A DNA stretch of 64,000 bases from Eledone cirrhosa (Eukaryota), in the NCBI GenBank assembly GCA_964016885.1, contig OZ024742.1, positions 20,026,001 to 20,090,000 of the forward strand, written 5' to 3'. The translations under genes were made by a program, and so were the position numbers. Shown here piece after piece: positions 12,001 through 24,630 of the stretch. Every line of letters begins with the position of its first letter. Position 1 is the stretch's first letter. The notes under the pieces are model-generated. The model worked only from the letters and a program-made list of their open reading frames with translations, was not told the DNA's origin and ran no database searches.

Positions 12001-15000
12001 TTCGTCCTGAGGCTGACTTTGCTCTGAGGTTGACTTTGTCTTGAGGTTGACTTTGTACTGAGGTTGACCTTGCTCTGAGGTTGACTTTGCTCTGAGGTTG
12101 ACTTTGTCCTGAGTTTGAATTTGTCCTGAGGTTGACTTTGCTCTGAGCTTGACTTTGCTCTGAGGTTGACTTTGTCCCGAGGTTGACTTTGTCCCGAGGT
12201 TGACTTTGCTCTGAGGTTGACTTTGCCCTGAGGTTGACTTTGTCCTGAGGTTGACTTTGCTCTGAGGTTGACTTTGCTCTGAGGTTGACTTTGTCCTGAG
12301 TTTGAATTTGTCCTGAGGTTGACTTTGTTCCGAGGTTGACTTGACTCTGAGGTTGACTTTGTACCGAGGTTGACTTTGTCCCGAGGTTGACTTTGTCCTG
12401 AGGTTGACTTTGATCTGAGGTTGACTTCGCTCTGTGGTTGACTTTGTCCTGAGGTTGACTTTGTCCTGAGGTTGACTTTGTTCTGAGGTTGATTTTGTCC
12501 TGAGGTTGACTTTGTCCTGAGGTTGACTTTGCTCTGAGGTTCACTTTGCTCTGAGTTTGACTTTGCTCTGAGGTTGACTTTGTCCTGAGGTTGACTTTGT
12601 CCTGAGGTTGACTTGGCTCTGAGGTTGACTTTGTCCTGAGGTTGACTTTGTCCTGAGATTGACTTTGTCCTGAGGTTGACTTTGTCCTGAGGTTGACTTT
12701 GCTCTGACGTTTACTTTGTCCTGAGGTTGACTTTGCCCTGAGGTTGATTTTGCTCTGAGGTTGACTTTGTCCTGAGGTTGACTTTGCTCTGAGGTTGACT
12801 TTGCTCTGAGGTTGACTTTGCTCTGAGGTTCACTTCGTCCTGAGGCTGACTTTGCTCTGAGGTTGACTTTGTCCTGAGGTTGACTTTGTCCTGAGGTTGA
12901 CTTTGCTCTGAGGTTGACTTTGTCCTAAGGTTGACTTTGTCCTGAGATTGACTTTGTCCTGAGGTTGACTTTGTCCTGAGGTTGACTTTGCTTTGAGGTT
13001 GACTTTGCTCTGAGGTTGACTTCGTCCTGAGGTTGACTTGGCACTGAGGTTGACTTTGTCCTGAGGTTGACTTTGCTCTGAGGTTGACTTTGTCCTGAGG
13101 TTGACTTTGTCCTGAGGTTGACTTTGTCCTGAGGTTGACTTTGTCCTGAGGTTGACTTTGCTCTGAGGTTGACTTTGTCCTGAGGTTGACTTTGCTCTGA
13201 GGTTGACTTTGTCCTGAGGTTGACTTTGTCCCGAGGTTGACTTTGTCCTGAGGTTGACTTTGTCCTGAGGTTGACTCTGCCCTGAGGTTGACTTTGTCCT
13301 GAGGTTGACTTTGCTCTGAGGTTGACTTTGTCCTGAGGTTGACTTTGCTCTGAGGTTGACTTTGTCCTGAGGTTGACTTTGTCCTGAGGTTGACTTTGTC
13401 CTGAGGTTGACTTTGTTCTGAGGTTGACTTTGTCCTGAGGTTGACTTTGTCCTGAGGTTGACTTTGTCCTGAGGTTGACTTAGCCCTGAGGTTGACTTTG
13501 CCCTGAGGTTGACTTTGCCCTGAGGTTGACTTTGCTCTGAGGTTGACTTTGTCCCGAGGTTGACATTGTCCCGAGGTTGACTTTGCTCTGAGGTTGACTT
13601 TGCCCTGAGGTTGACTTTGTCCTGAGGTTGACTTTGTCCTGAGGTTGACTTTGTTCTGAGGTTGACTTTGCTCTGAGGTTGACTTTGTCCCGAGGTTGAC
13701 TTTGTCCCGGGGTTGACTTTGTCCTGAGGTTGACTTTGCTCTGAGGTTGACTTTGTCTTGAGGTTGACTTTGTCCTGAGGTTGACTTTGCTCTGAGGTTG
13801 ACTTTGCTCTGAGGTTGACTTTGTCCTGAGGTTGACTTTGTCCTGAGGTTGACTTTGCTCTGAGGTTGACTTTGCTCTGAGGTTGACTTTGTCCTGAGGT
13901 TGACTTTGTCCTGATGTTGACTTTGCTCTGAGGTTGACTTTGCTCTGAGGTTGACTTTGTCCTGTGGTTGACTTTGTCTTGAGGTTGACTTTGTCCTGAG
14001 GTTGACTTTGCTCTGAGGTTGACTTTGCCCTGAGGTTGACTTTGTCCTGAGGTTGACTTGGTCCTGAGGTTGACTTTGCTCTGAGGTTGATTTTACTCTG
14101 AGGTTGACTTTGTCCCGAGGTTGACTTTGTCTTGAGGTTGACTTTGTCCTGAGGTTGACTTTGTCCTGATGTTGACTTTGCTCTGAGGTTGACTTTGCTC
14201 TGAGGTTGACTTTGTCCTGTGGTTGACTTTGCTCTGAGGTTGATTTTGCCCTGAGGTTGACTTTGTCCTGAGGTTGACTTTGTCCTGAGGTTGACTTTGC
14301 CCTGAGGTTGACTTTGCTCTGAGGCTGACTTTGCTCTGAGGTTGACTTTGTCCTGAGGTTGACTTTGTCCTGAGGTTGACTTTGTCCTGAGGTTGACTTT
14401 GCTCTGAGCTTGACTTTGCTCTGAGGTTGACTTTGCTCTGAGGTTGACTTTGTCCCGAGGTTGACTTTGTCCCGAGGTTGACTTTGTCCTGAGGTTGACT
14501 TTGTCCTGATGTTGACTTTGCTCTGAGGTTGACTTTGCTCTGAGGTTGACTTTGTCCTGTGGTTGACTTTGTCCTGATGTTGACTTTGTCCTGAGGTTGA
14601 CTTTGCCCTGAGGTTGACTTTGCTCTGAGGCTGACTTTGCCCTGAGGTTGACTTTGTCCTGAGTTTGACTTTGTCCTGAGGTTGACTTTGCTCTGAGGTT
14701 GACTTTGTCCTGAGGTTGACTTTGTCCTGAGGTTGAATTGGCTCTGAGGTTGACTATGCTCTGAGGTTGACTTTGTCCTGAGGTTGACTTTGCTCTGAGG
14801 TTGACTTTGCTCTGAGGTTGACTTTGCTCTGAGGTTCACTTCGTCCTGAGGCTGACTTTGCTCTGAGGTTGACTTTGTCCTGAGGTTGACTTTGTCCTGA
14901 GATTGACTTCGTCCTGAGGTTGACTTTGTCCTGAAGTTGACTTTGCTCTGAGGTTGACTTTGTCCTGAGGTTGACTTTGTCCTGAGGTTGACTTTGCTTT

Positions 15001-18000
15001 GAGGTTGACTTTGCTCTGAGGTTGAACTTGTCCTGAGATTGACTTTGCTCTGATGTTGACTTTTTCCTGAGGTTGACTTTGCTCTGAGGTTGACTTTGTC
15101 CTGAAGTTGACTTTGCTCTGAGGTTGACTTTATCCTGAGGTTGACTTTGTCCTGAGGTTGACTTTGTCCTGAGGTTGACTTTGTCCTGAGGTTGACTTTG
15201 CTCTGATGTTGACTTTGTCCTGAGGTTGACTTTGCTCTGAGGTTGACGTTGTCCTGAGGTTGACTCTGTCCTGAGGTTGACTTTGTCCTGAGGTTGACTT
15301 TGCTCTGAGGTTGACTTTGTCCTGAGGTTGACTTTGCTCTGAGGTTGACTTTGTCCTGATGTTGACTTTTTCCTGAGGTTGACTTTGCTCTGAGGTTGAC
15401 TTCGTCCTGAGGTTGACTTTGTCCTGAGGTTGACTTTGCTCTGAGGTTGACTTTATCCTGAGGTTGACTTTGTCCTGAGGTTGACTTTGTCCTGAGGTTG
15501 ACTTTGTCCTGAGGTTGACTTTGCTCTGAGGTTGACTTTGTCCTGAGGCTGACTTTGCTCTGAGGTTGACTTTGTCCTGAGGTTGACTTTGTCCTGAGGT
15601 TGACTTTGTCATGAGGTTGACTTTGTCCTGAGGTTGACTTTGCTCTGAAGTTGACTTTGTCCTGAGGTTGACTCTGTCCTGAGTTTGACTTTGTCCTGAG
15701 GTTGACTTTGTCCTGAGGTTGACTTTGCTCTGAGGTTCACTTTGTCCTGAGGTTGACTTTGTCCTGAGGTTGACTTTGTCCTGAGGTTGACTTAGCCCTG
15801 AGGTTGACTTTGCCCTGAGGTTGACTTTGCCCTGAGGTTGACTTTGCTCTGAGGTTGACTTTGTCCCGAGGTTGACATTGTCCCGAGGTTGACTTTGCTC
15901 TGAGGTTGACTTTGCCCTGAGGTTGACTTTGTCCTGAGGTTGACTTTGTCCTGAGGTTGACTTTGTTCTGAGGTTGACTTTGCTCTGAGGTTGACTTTGT
16001 CCCGAGGTTGACTTTGTCCCGGGGTTGACTTTGTCCTGAGGTTGACTTTGCTCTGAGGTTGACTTGGCTCTGAGGTTGACTTTGTCCTGAGGTTGACTTT
16101 GTCCTGAGGTTGACTTTGCTCTGAGGTTGACTTTGCTCTGAGGTTGACTTTGTCCTGTGGTTGACTTTGTCTTGAGGTTGACTTTGTCCTGAGGTTGACT
16201 TTGCTCTGAGGTTGACTTTGCCCTGAGGTTGACTTTGTCCTGAGGTTGACTTGGTCCTGAGGTTGACTTTGCTCTGAGGTTGATTTTACTCTGAGGTTGA
16301 CTTTGTCCCGAGGTTGACTTTGTCTTGAGGTTGACTTTGTCCTGAGGTTGACTTTGTCCTGATGTTGACTTTGCTCTGAGGTTGACTTTGCTCTGAGGTT
16401 GACTTTGTCCTGTGGTTGACTTTGCTCTGAGGTTGATTTTGCCCTGAGGTTGACTTTGTCCTGAGGTTGACTTTGTCCTGAGGTTGACTTTGCCCTGAGG
16501 TTGACTTTGCTCTGAGGCTGACTTTGCTCTGAGGTTGACTTTGTCCTGAGGTTGACTTTGTCCTGAGGTTGACTTTGTCCTGAGGTTGACTTTGCTCTGA
16601 GCTTGACTTTGCTCTGAGGTTGACTTTGCTCTGAGGTTGACTTTGTCCCGAGGTTGACTTTGTCCCGAGTTTGACTTTGTCCTGAGGTTGACTTTGTCCT
16701 GATGTTGACTTTGCTCTGAGGTTGACTTTGCTGTGAGGTTGACTTTGTCCTGTGGTTGACTTTGTCCTGATGTTGACTTTGTCCTGAGGTTGACTTTGCC
16801 CTGAGGTTGACTTTGCTCTGAGGCTGACTTTGCCCTGAGGTTGACTTTGTCCTGAGTTTGACTTTGTCCTGAGGTTGACTTTGCTCTGAGGTTGACTTTG
16901 TCCTGAGGTCGACTTTGTCCTGAGGTTGAATTGGCTCTGAGGTTGACTATGCTCTGAGGTTGACTTTGTACTGAGGTTGACTTTGCTCTGAGGTTGACTT
17001 TGCTCTGAGGTTGACTTTGCTCTGAGGTTCACTTCGTCCTGAGGCTGACTTTGCTCTGAGGTTGACTTTGTCCTGAGGTTGACTTTGTCCTGAGATTGAC
17101 TTTGTCCTGAGGTTGACTTTGTCCTGAAGTTGACTTTGCTCTGAGGTTGACTTTGTCCTGAGGTTGACTTTGTCCTGAGGTTGACTTTGCTTTGAGGTTG
17201 ACTTTGCTCTGAGGTTGAACTTGTCCTGAGATTGACTTTGCTCTGATGTTGACTTTTTCCTGAGGTTGACTTTGCTCTGAGGTTGACTTTGTCCTGAAGT
17301 TGACTTTGCTCTGAGGTTGACTTTATCCTGAGGTTGACTTTGTCCTGAGGTTGACTTTGGCCTGAGGTTGACTTTGTCCTGAGGTTGACTTTGCTCTGAT
17401 GTTGACTTTGTCCTGAGGTTGACTTTGCTCTGAGGTTGACGTTGTCCTGAGGTTGACTCTGTCCTGAGGTTGACTTTGTCCTGAGGTTGACTTTGCTCTG
17501 AGGTTGACTTTGTCCTGAGGTTGACTTTGCTCTGAGGTTGACTTTGTCCTGATGTTGACTTTTTCCTGAGGTTGACTTTGCTCTGAGGTTGACTTTGTCC
17601 TGAGCTTGACTTTGTCCTGAGGTTGACTTTGCTCTGAGGTTGACTTTATCCTGAGGTTGACTTTGTCCTGAGGTTGACTTTGTCCTGAGGTTGACTTTGT
17701 CCTGAGGTTGACTTTGCTCTGAGGTTGACTTTGTCCTGAGGCTGACTTTGCTCTGAGGTTGACTTTGTCCTGAGGATGACTTTATCCTGAGGTTGACTTT
17801 GTCATGAGGTTGACTTTGTCCTGAGGTTGACTTTGCTCTGAAGTTGACTTTGTCCTGATGTTGACTTTGTCCTGACTTTGACTTTGTCCTGAGGTTGACT
17901 TTGCCCTGAGGTTGACTTTGCCCTGAGGTTGACTTTTCCCTGAGGTTGACTTTGCTCTGAGGCTGACTTTGTCCCGAGGTTGACTTTGTCCCGAGGTTGA

Positions 18001-18431
18001 CTTTGCTCTGAGGTTGACTTTGTCCTGAGGTTGACTTTGTCCTGAGGTTGACTTTGTTCCGAGGTTGACTTTGCTCTGAGGTTGACTTTGTCCCGAGGTT
18101 GACTTTGTCCTCAGGTTGACTTTGTCCTGAGGTTGACTTTGCTCTGAGGTTGACTTTGCTCTGTGGTTGACTTTGTCCTGAGGTTGACTTTGTCCTGAGG
18201 CTGACTTTGGTCTGATGTTCATTTTGCTCTGAGGTTGACTTTGCTCTGAGGTTGACTTTGTCCTGAGGTTGACTTTGTCCTGAGGTTGACTTTGTTCTGA
18301 GGTTGACTTTGTCCTGAGGTTGACTTTGTCCTGAGGTTGATTTTGTCCTGAGGTTGACTTTGTCCTGAGGTTGACTTTGTCCTGAGGTTGACTTTGCCCT
18401 GAGGTTGACTTTGTTCTGAGGTTGACTTTGC
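1..18431. repeat. 17-bp satellite array, monomer G(TC/CT)CTGAGGTTGACTTT, ~1,080 copies, open at the left edge
   Basis: Continuous 17-bp period with two major variants (gtcct/gctct). Rare variants recur at multiples of 17 bp. The minus-strand ORFs repeat every 17 aa (3 monomers). Confidence 0.99.
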
Positions 18432-18661
18432 CTTTCGTTATTTCGAGGTCGATCAAAAAAAGTACCAGGCCAATACTGAGGTCGATTCTTCTTTTATATC
18501 TCTTCTCACTTTCTCTCACTCTCTGAATCTTGGAAGAAATCAGCTATGTTCAGACTTGGGGAAGGAATAGACTTGGCCAATATAAATTATAATTATCTGT
18601 GTCTCGACGTATGTCAGTCACAACGAAGCCCCTACGACTCCATCAGGAGTTACGGGTCCAT
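18418..18661 (+). mobile_element. 3' part of a SINE (family B, long tail) continuous with the last satellite monomer
   Basis: gaggttgactttgcctttc...gaggtcgatcaaaaaaagtaccag...actgaggtcgatt, then the B tail ending ctacgactccatcaggagttacgggtccat; collinear with 19245-19781 and 37144-37430. Confidence 0.85.
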
Positions 18662-18948
18662 TTGTTATCTTAGTTTAACAATAGGATTCAAAATAGATAA
18701 ATTTAGTGAACGGGGAAACAATGAAATGTTTTGTCACAAACAACTTTATCGCATTCACTCACCTTTATAATGAATCTCGTGTTGATGATAAATTGCTATT
18801 TAAAGTACGTTTACATTTTAAGCAAGTTTCCACTCACTAACACACACGCACACCACATACACCCGTATGATCGCACACTCACGTGTATCTATATACTCAC
18901 ATACACATACATAGGTACACTGATATACATATACGCATGCACATACAA

Positions 18949-18984
<36 letters not shown>

Positions 18985-19074
18985 TCACATACTTAGATAC
19001 GCTGAATCATATAAACTCACACACGTACACGTATATGCGCACACTCACATATATTTACTCATACACACATACTC

Positions 19075-19105
<31 letters not shown>

Positions 19106-19244
19106 CTCACACATATTTGACACGCACCTGCAGATATAAACAAAGACAATATTTCAACTACTCTATATTGAATTAAAAATCGATAATGATATTCACGTGT
19201 TCGGGAAATTACCCAGAATTTAACTAGCAATAACAAAGAGAGAA

Positions 19245-19781
19245 GGTGGCGCATTGACAGAGTTATTAGAATGTCGAGCAGAGTGTGTTGCGCTATTCGT
19301 TCCGGCTCTCTGCTCTCTGAGATCAAATCCCGCCAACTTTGCCTTTCATCCATTTAAGGTCGATAGAAAAGCACCAGTCTAGTACTGGGGTCGATTGTTC
19401 CTCTTTATTTCTTTCTCACTTCCATTATCTCTCTTTCTCTAGGGCGGTGAATTGGCAGTATCGGTAGAGGGTCAGACATGCTTTCCAGCATAGTTACGTC
19501 CCTTTACGATCTGAGTTTAAATCCCGCCAAGGTTAACTTTGCCTTTCATCCTTACGAGGTTGATAAAATAAAGTACCAGTAATGCACTGGATAATTGCTG
19601 GCCTTGTGCCAAAAGTAGAAACAATTATCTCTCTTTCTCTATCCTTCTCTGGAAGAAATCTGCTGCATTCAGACCCGGAGAAGGGATGGGCTCTATCAGG
19701 GTTTTTTTTTAATGCCCTAGAAACGCTGTATATGAATAGGGCACCGCAAGACTCCCTTACGAGTTACGGCTCCATACATAC
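19245..19781 (+). mobile_element. Full-length tRNA-derived SINE family B (~340 bp net), carrying a nested family A SINE
   Basis: TSD aacaaagagagaa at 19232-19244 and 19782-19794; degenerate A/B boxes; ends in ccatacatac. Confidence 0.85.
19441..19623 (+). mobile_element. tRNA-derived SINE family A nested in a family B copy
   Basis: A-box tggcagtatcgg, B-box-like gagtttaaatccc, tail ggccttgtgccaaaagtagaaacaatt; TSD attatctctctttctct at 19424-19440 and 19624-19640. Confidence 0.9.
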
Positions 19782-20063
19782 AACAAAGAGAGAACGATCT
19801 AAAGTTTGTATTCTGTAGAAGTAAATCAGCAGAATGATCAGGAGTTCGAATCCTATTCACACCAACACCAAAACCAACACTATTACCTTATGTCTGTTGT
19901 AAAGACTCTTACCAATCAATTTATAAATAAACATTACGTTCAATGACCTCATGAGGCTTTTGCTGCGGGTGTCTCTGACTATTCTCCACGTTAACGCTTG
20001 CATTTTGACCACGAGGCGTGGTTGAAACACCACTCAGATTGGCGTGTAATGTCTGTCCCTCCC

Positions 20064-20257
20064 CAGAGCTGTCAACTCTCCTCCGTCCGACGGGGAGATC
20101 TCCCACCCACTTTGGGGTGGGTGAGAGATCTCTTTTCTTATGAAAATGGGTATAGCTTTCATTATGTAAAATCTCCCCATTTTGCCTCATTTCTCCCCGT
20201 TTGGGGCACTTGTTTCATGGTACTCGCCGTTTCGGTTTTTAGACGTTGGCAAGTATG
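20064..20257 (+). mobile_element. ~195-bp MITE (family D)
   Basis: Termini similar to cagacctgccaac/gttggcaggtctg; flanked by cctccc on both sides; further copies at 21914, 24427 and 39185. Confidence 0.8.
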
Positions 20258-20359
20258 CCTCCCCCTTTCTTTTTCTTTTACTGCTTGATCATTTTTTCTT
20301 TTTCTTCTTTTCATTTCCATTTTACCCCCTTTTTTTTATTCCCTTTAATAATGTGTTAT

Positions 20360-20530
20360 TGGATGACTGTTGATTCTCCTGAATCTATCCGCCCTTTGAC
20401 GGGTTTTGTTTTTCATCCCGCAGGGTGTCCAAAATCACCCTCCTTACCAAGTAAGCTTGGTGGGGCTACTGGTTTAGTCGTCGACAATCCATGCATGCAT
20501 GGATTGAGTTACATGTTACCTGTAGTGCTC
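20360..20530 (-). mobile_element. Probable 5' fragment of an RTE-type LINE
   Basis: Resembles RTE 5' UTRs from memory only (cgacgactaaaccag...ggacaccctgcggg); contains the 22-bp palindrome caatccatgcatgcatggattg. Confidence 0.35.
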
Positions 20531-20680
20531 AAAAGCACGACATTTGACTAACGGGTGGTATTTAGCCCATAAATCATCTCTGAGTAAACCTATAACTAAA
20601 GCTAGTTCAACTGACACCGTTTCTTCTTTTTTTCAGGCAGAGTATTCAGACCTGCTTTAGCAATGTATCCTTCCTTATTA

Positions 20681-20856
20681 AGGGTGTTATTTGAATGAGA
20701 TTTGGGTGTTATTTAAATGAGATTTGGGTGTTATTTGAATGAGATTTGGGTGTTATTAAATGAGATTTGGGTGGTATTTGAATGAGATTTGGGTGTTATT
20801 TGAATGAGATTTGGGTGTTATTTGAATGAGATTTGGGTGTTATTTAAATGAGATTT
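20681..20856. repeat. 22-bp tandem repeat gggtgttatttgaatgagattt, ~8 copies
   Basis: Directly visible. Confidence 0.95.
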
Positions 20857-20899
20857 AGTTACTATTCCTAAAAAGGTAGAGTTGTTGTTTTAACCTAGA

Positions 20900-21058
20900 A
20901 GGTCGGACGCCATGCTTTCCAGCATAGTTACGTCCCTTTACGGTCTGAGTTCAAATCCCGCCGAGGTTAACTTTGCCTTTCATCCTTACGGGGTCGATAA
21001 AATAAAGTACCAGTAATGTACTGAGTAATTGCTGGCCTTGTGCCAAAAGTAGAAACAA
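20900..21058 (+). mobile_element. SINE family A, 5'-truncated
   Basis: Near-identical to the body of 19441-19623. Confidence 0.85.
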
Positions 21059-21225
21059 GAAAATTATAGAATTGTCAAGTATTTTGACATCTCTCAATAA
21101 GTTCAATTCCTCTGAAGAAGTGAAGTCCCGTTGTGGTAGACTAGCTTCCTATCCCTTATCTCGTGGAGCATCTATGTGGTCGCTCAATATGGTTGAAATA
21201 ATAGGTAAAACGTACTACTGCTGCT

Positions 21226-21475
<250 letters not shown>

Positions 21476-21504
21476 ATTCATACCACTTTGTGGTAACATG
21501 ACAA

Positions 21505-21655
21505 AATATTAAAACCATTCCATCTGACACAATCCAACATTAACTACCTCAGTTCTTCACCAGATAGTTCTGTATCTTCCACAATGACTCTCTTTAATGT
21601 CTTGAGAGGTCTTCCGCGTTTGTGTTTCACATTAATGGGCTCCCACAGTAAACAA
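21505..21655 (-). pseudogene. RTE-type LINE C-terminal remnant
   Basis: Minus strand reads LLWEPINVKHKRGRPLKTLKRVI..., a typical RTE ORF end, with an internal stop. Confidence 0.5.
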
Positions 21656-21913
21656 CCACCATCAAAGTAAAAGTTAACCCCCACCTAGTAAAAACTAACC
21701 CATAGTAAAGTTACCCCCATAGTAAAAGTTAACCCATAGTAAAAGTCAAACCTACCCCATACCAAACCGAACCGACTTAATTAAAGGACATATTAAAACA
21801 AACTATATATTAGTAACAACGTTTGTGTCGTTCTTTAAAATATCTGTCAATCTCTCTTTATCTCTCACTAACAATACAAACACAATATATACATATATAT
21901 ATTCATATATAAT

Positions 21914-22247
21914 CAAATCTACCAATCTCTAAAAACCCTACGGAGAGTACCATGAAAAAAGGTGCCCTAAAACGGAGAGAAGTAAGGCAAAATGGGTAGA
22001 TTTTACATAATTGTTTCTACTTTTTAGCACAAGGCCAGCAATTACCCAGTGCATTACTGGTACTTTATTTTATCGACCCCGTAAGGATGAAAGGCAAAGT
22101 CAACCTCGGCGGGATTGACTTTGCCTTTTCCCGGGGAGATTTTACATAATGAGAGCTATACTCATTTACACAAGAGAAGACATCTCTCAGCCACCCCAAA
22201 GTGGGTGGGGGATCTCCCCGTCCGACAGGGTAAGTTGACAGAGTCTG
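21914..22247 (-). mobile_element. MITE family D copy interrupted by a SINE A fragment (22012-22132)
   Basis: Reverse complement of the 24427-24621 copy; SINE TSD ggg(t/g)agattttacataat at 21994-22011 and 22133-22150. Confidence 0.8.
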
Positions 22248-22257
22248 TATATATATA

Positions 22258-22536
22258 CAGTTGTACCCCGGTATTCGCGGGGGTTACGTCCCTACAGCAC
22301 ACACGAAGAGTAAAAAACAGCGAATATTGACGTGGTCCATAAAAATGCCTATAAACGTAAAATATAGGCCGGCAAATACCGTATATTGTTATTAATAATT
22401 TAGTGTTGAAAACCGTGAAACAATATATATTGGCACGAAAAAAGCCATTAAAATATCGCGAAAAATATTTACGATTCCACGAATATGTAGTTAGGTTATA
22501 AGGAAAATCCCGCGAATAACCGGGATCGCGAATCTG
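22258..22536. mobile_element. Tigger/pogo-like MITE
   Basis: TA|cagt...ctg|TA ends; subterminal ccggtattcgcggg / cccgcgaataaccgg inverted repeat. Confidence 0.55.
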
Positions 22537-22924
22537 TATAGAGAGAGATGCACAATAAAGAAGATATTGGTTAACAAATGTGGCGCAGAACAGTAATAAA
22601 ATAGATAGGATGGTCATGGATGGAATACTTTTGGTTATAGATTTGCTGAGATTATACAACAACATCAACAACAACAATTATATAAGCCAGAAATAATCTC
22701 CCATCTCATAGGATTCTTATTATTGGACAAAGGATAAATCAGTCTTTTTATTATAATTAATTATTGTTATTAGCTTCTTGTATTGATTAGTTTATCATAT
22801 AATTAATAACAGTCATATCTCTATATTAATTACTAATTTATAAATTTGGAAGTATGGCTTGGCCGAAGTGTTAGCTTCTTCATCTTATCACATAGCAATA
22901 TCAAATTATCATATTACATTTAAT

Positions 22925-24020
<1,096 letters not shown>

Positions 24021-24426
24021 ATGTACTTGCATACGTAACCTCTCCTCGTGTTGTCCAGACAACCGTCTTCCTACACCTGCTGCTTTAATCACATGCCGCT
24101 CCTCCACATTATAGTGAAGTACTTCTCTTACTATTTCACACCTTTATTAGATTGAAAGGATATCTATTTGCTGTGTGTTCGTCCCGGCCCTGCCTCCACC
24201 CGATATGTTCTGCATTGCACCTATCACATCCTTCATTTATAGCAGAGTCATTGCTACCTTCACCACTTCCATGTCACCCTTTTGGGATGGGCTGTACGAA
24301 CAATGATCCTTGTTTTTTTTTCTCTAATTAGTTGGCTTGCTGCCATAAATAAGCAGATAAGACCGCCAAATACATCTGAACGTAGAACAAACTCAAATAA
24401 ATCACTGAATTTACCTATATTTAAAT

Positions 24427-24621
24427 CAGACCCGTCAACTCTCCCTGTCCGACGAGGAGATCTCCCACCCACTTTGGGGTGGGTGAAAGATGCCTTCTCT
24501 TGTGAAAATGGGTATAGCTTTCATTATGTAAAATCTCCCAATTTTGCCTCATTTCTCCCCATTTTGGGGCACTTTTTTTCAGGGGCGTCCCCATTCATGT
24601 TTTTAGAGGTTGGCAGGTCTG
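24427..24621 (+). mobile_element. MITE family D
   Basis: cagacccgtcaac ... gttggcaggtctg; flanks ttaaat/gtaaat. Confidence 0.8.
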
Positions 24622-24630
24622 GTAAATAAT

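Noticed and set aside
679-18519. Long minus-strand ORFs as protein genes
   Set aside because: They are open in all three frames with the same repeat, mostly have non-ATG starts, and are a by-product of the 17-bp monomer.
19825-19870. tRNA gene (gttcgaatcc...acca)
   Set aside because: Only a T-loop-like motif with no cloverleaf; other A/B boxes in the window are SINE heads.
20455-20530. HDV-like ribozyme in the putative RTE 5' fragment
   Set aside because: P1 and P3 could not be assembled convincingly.
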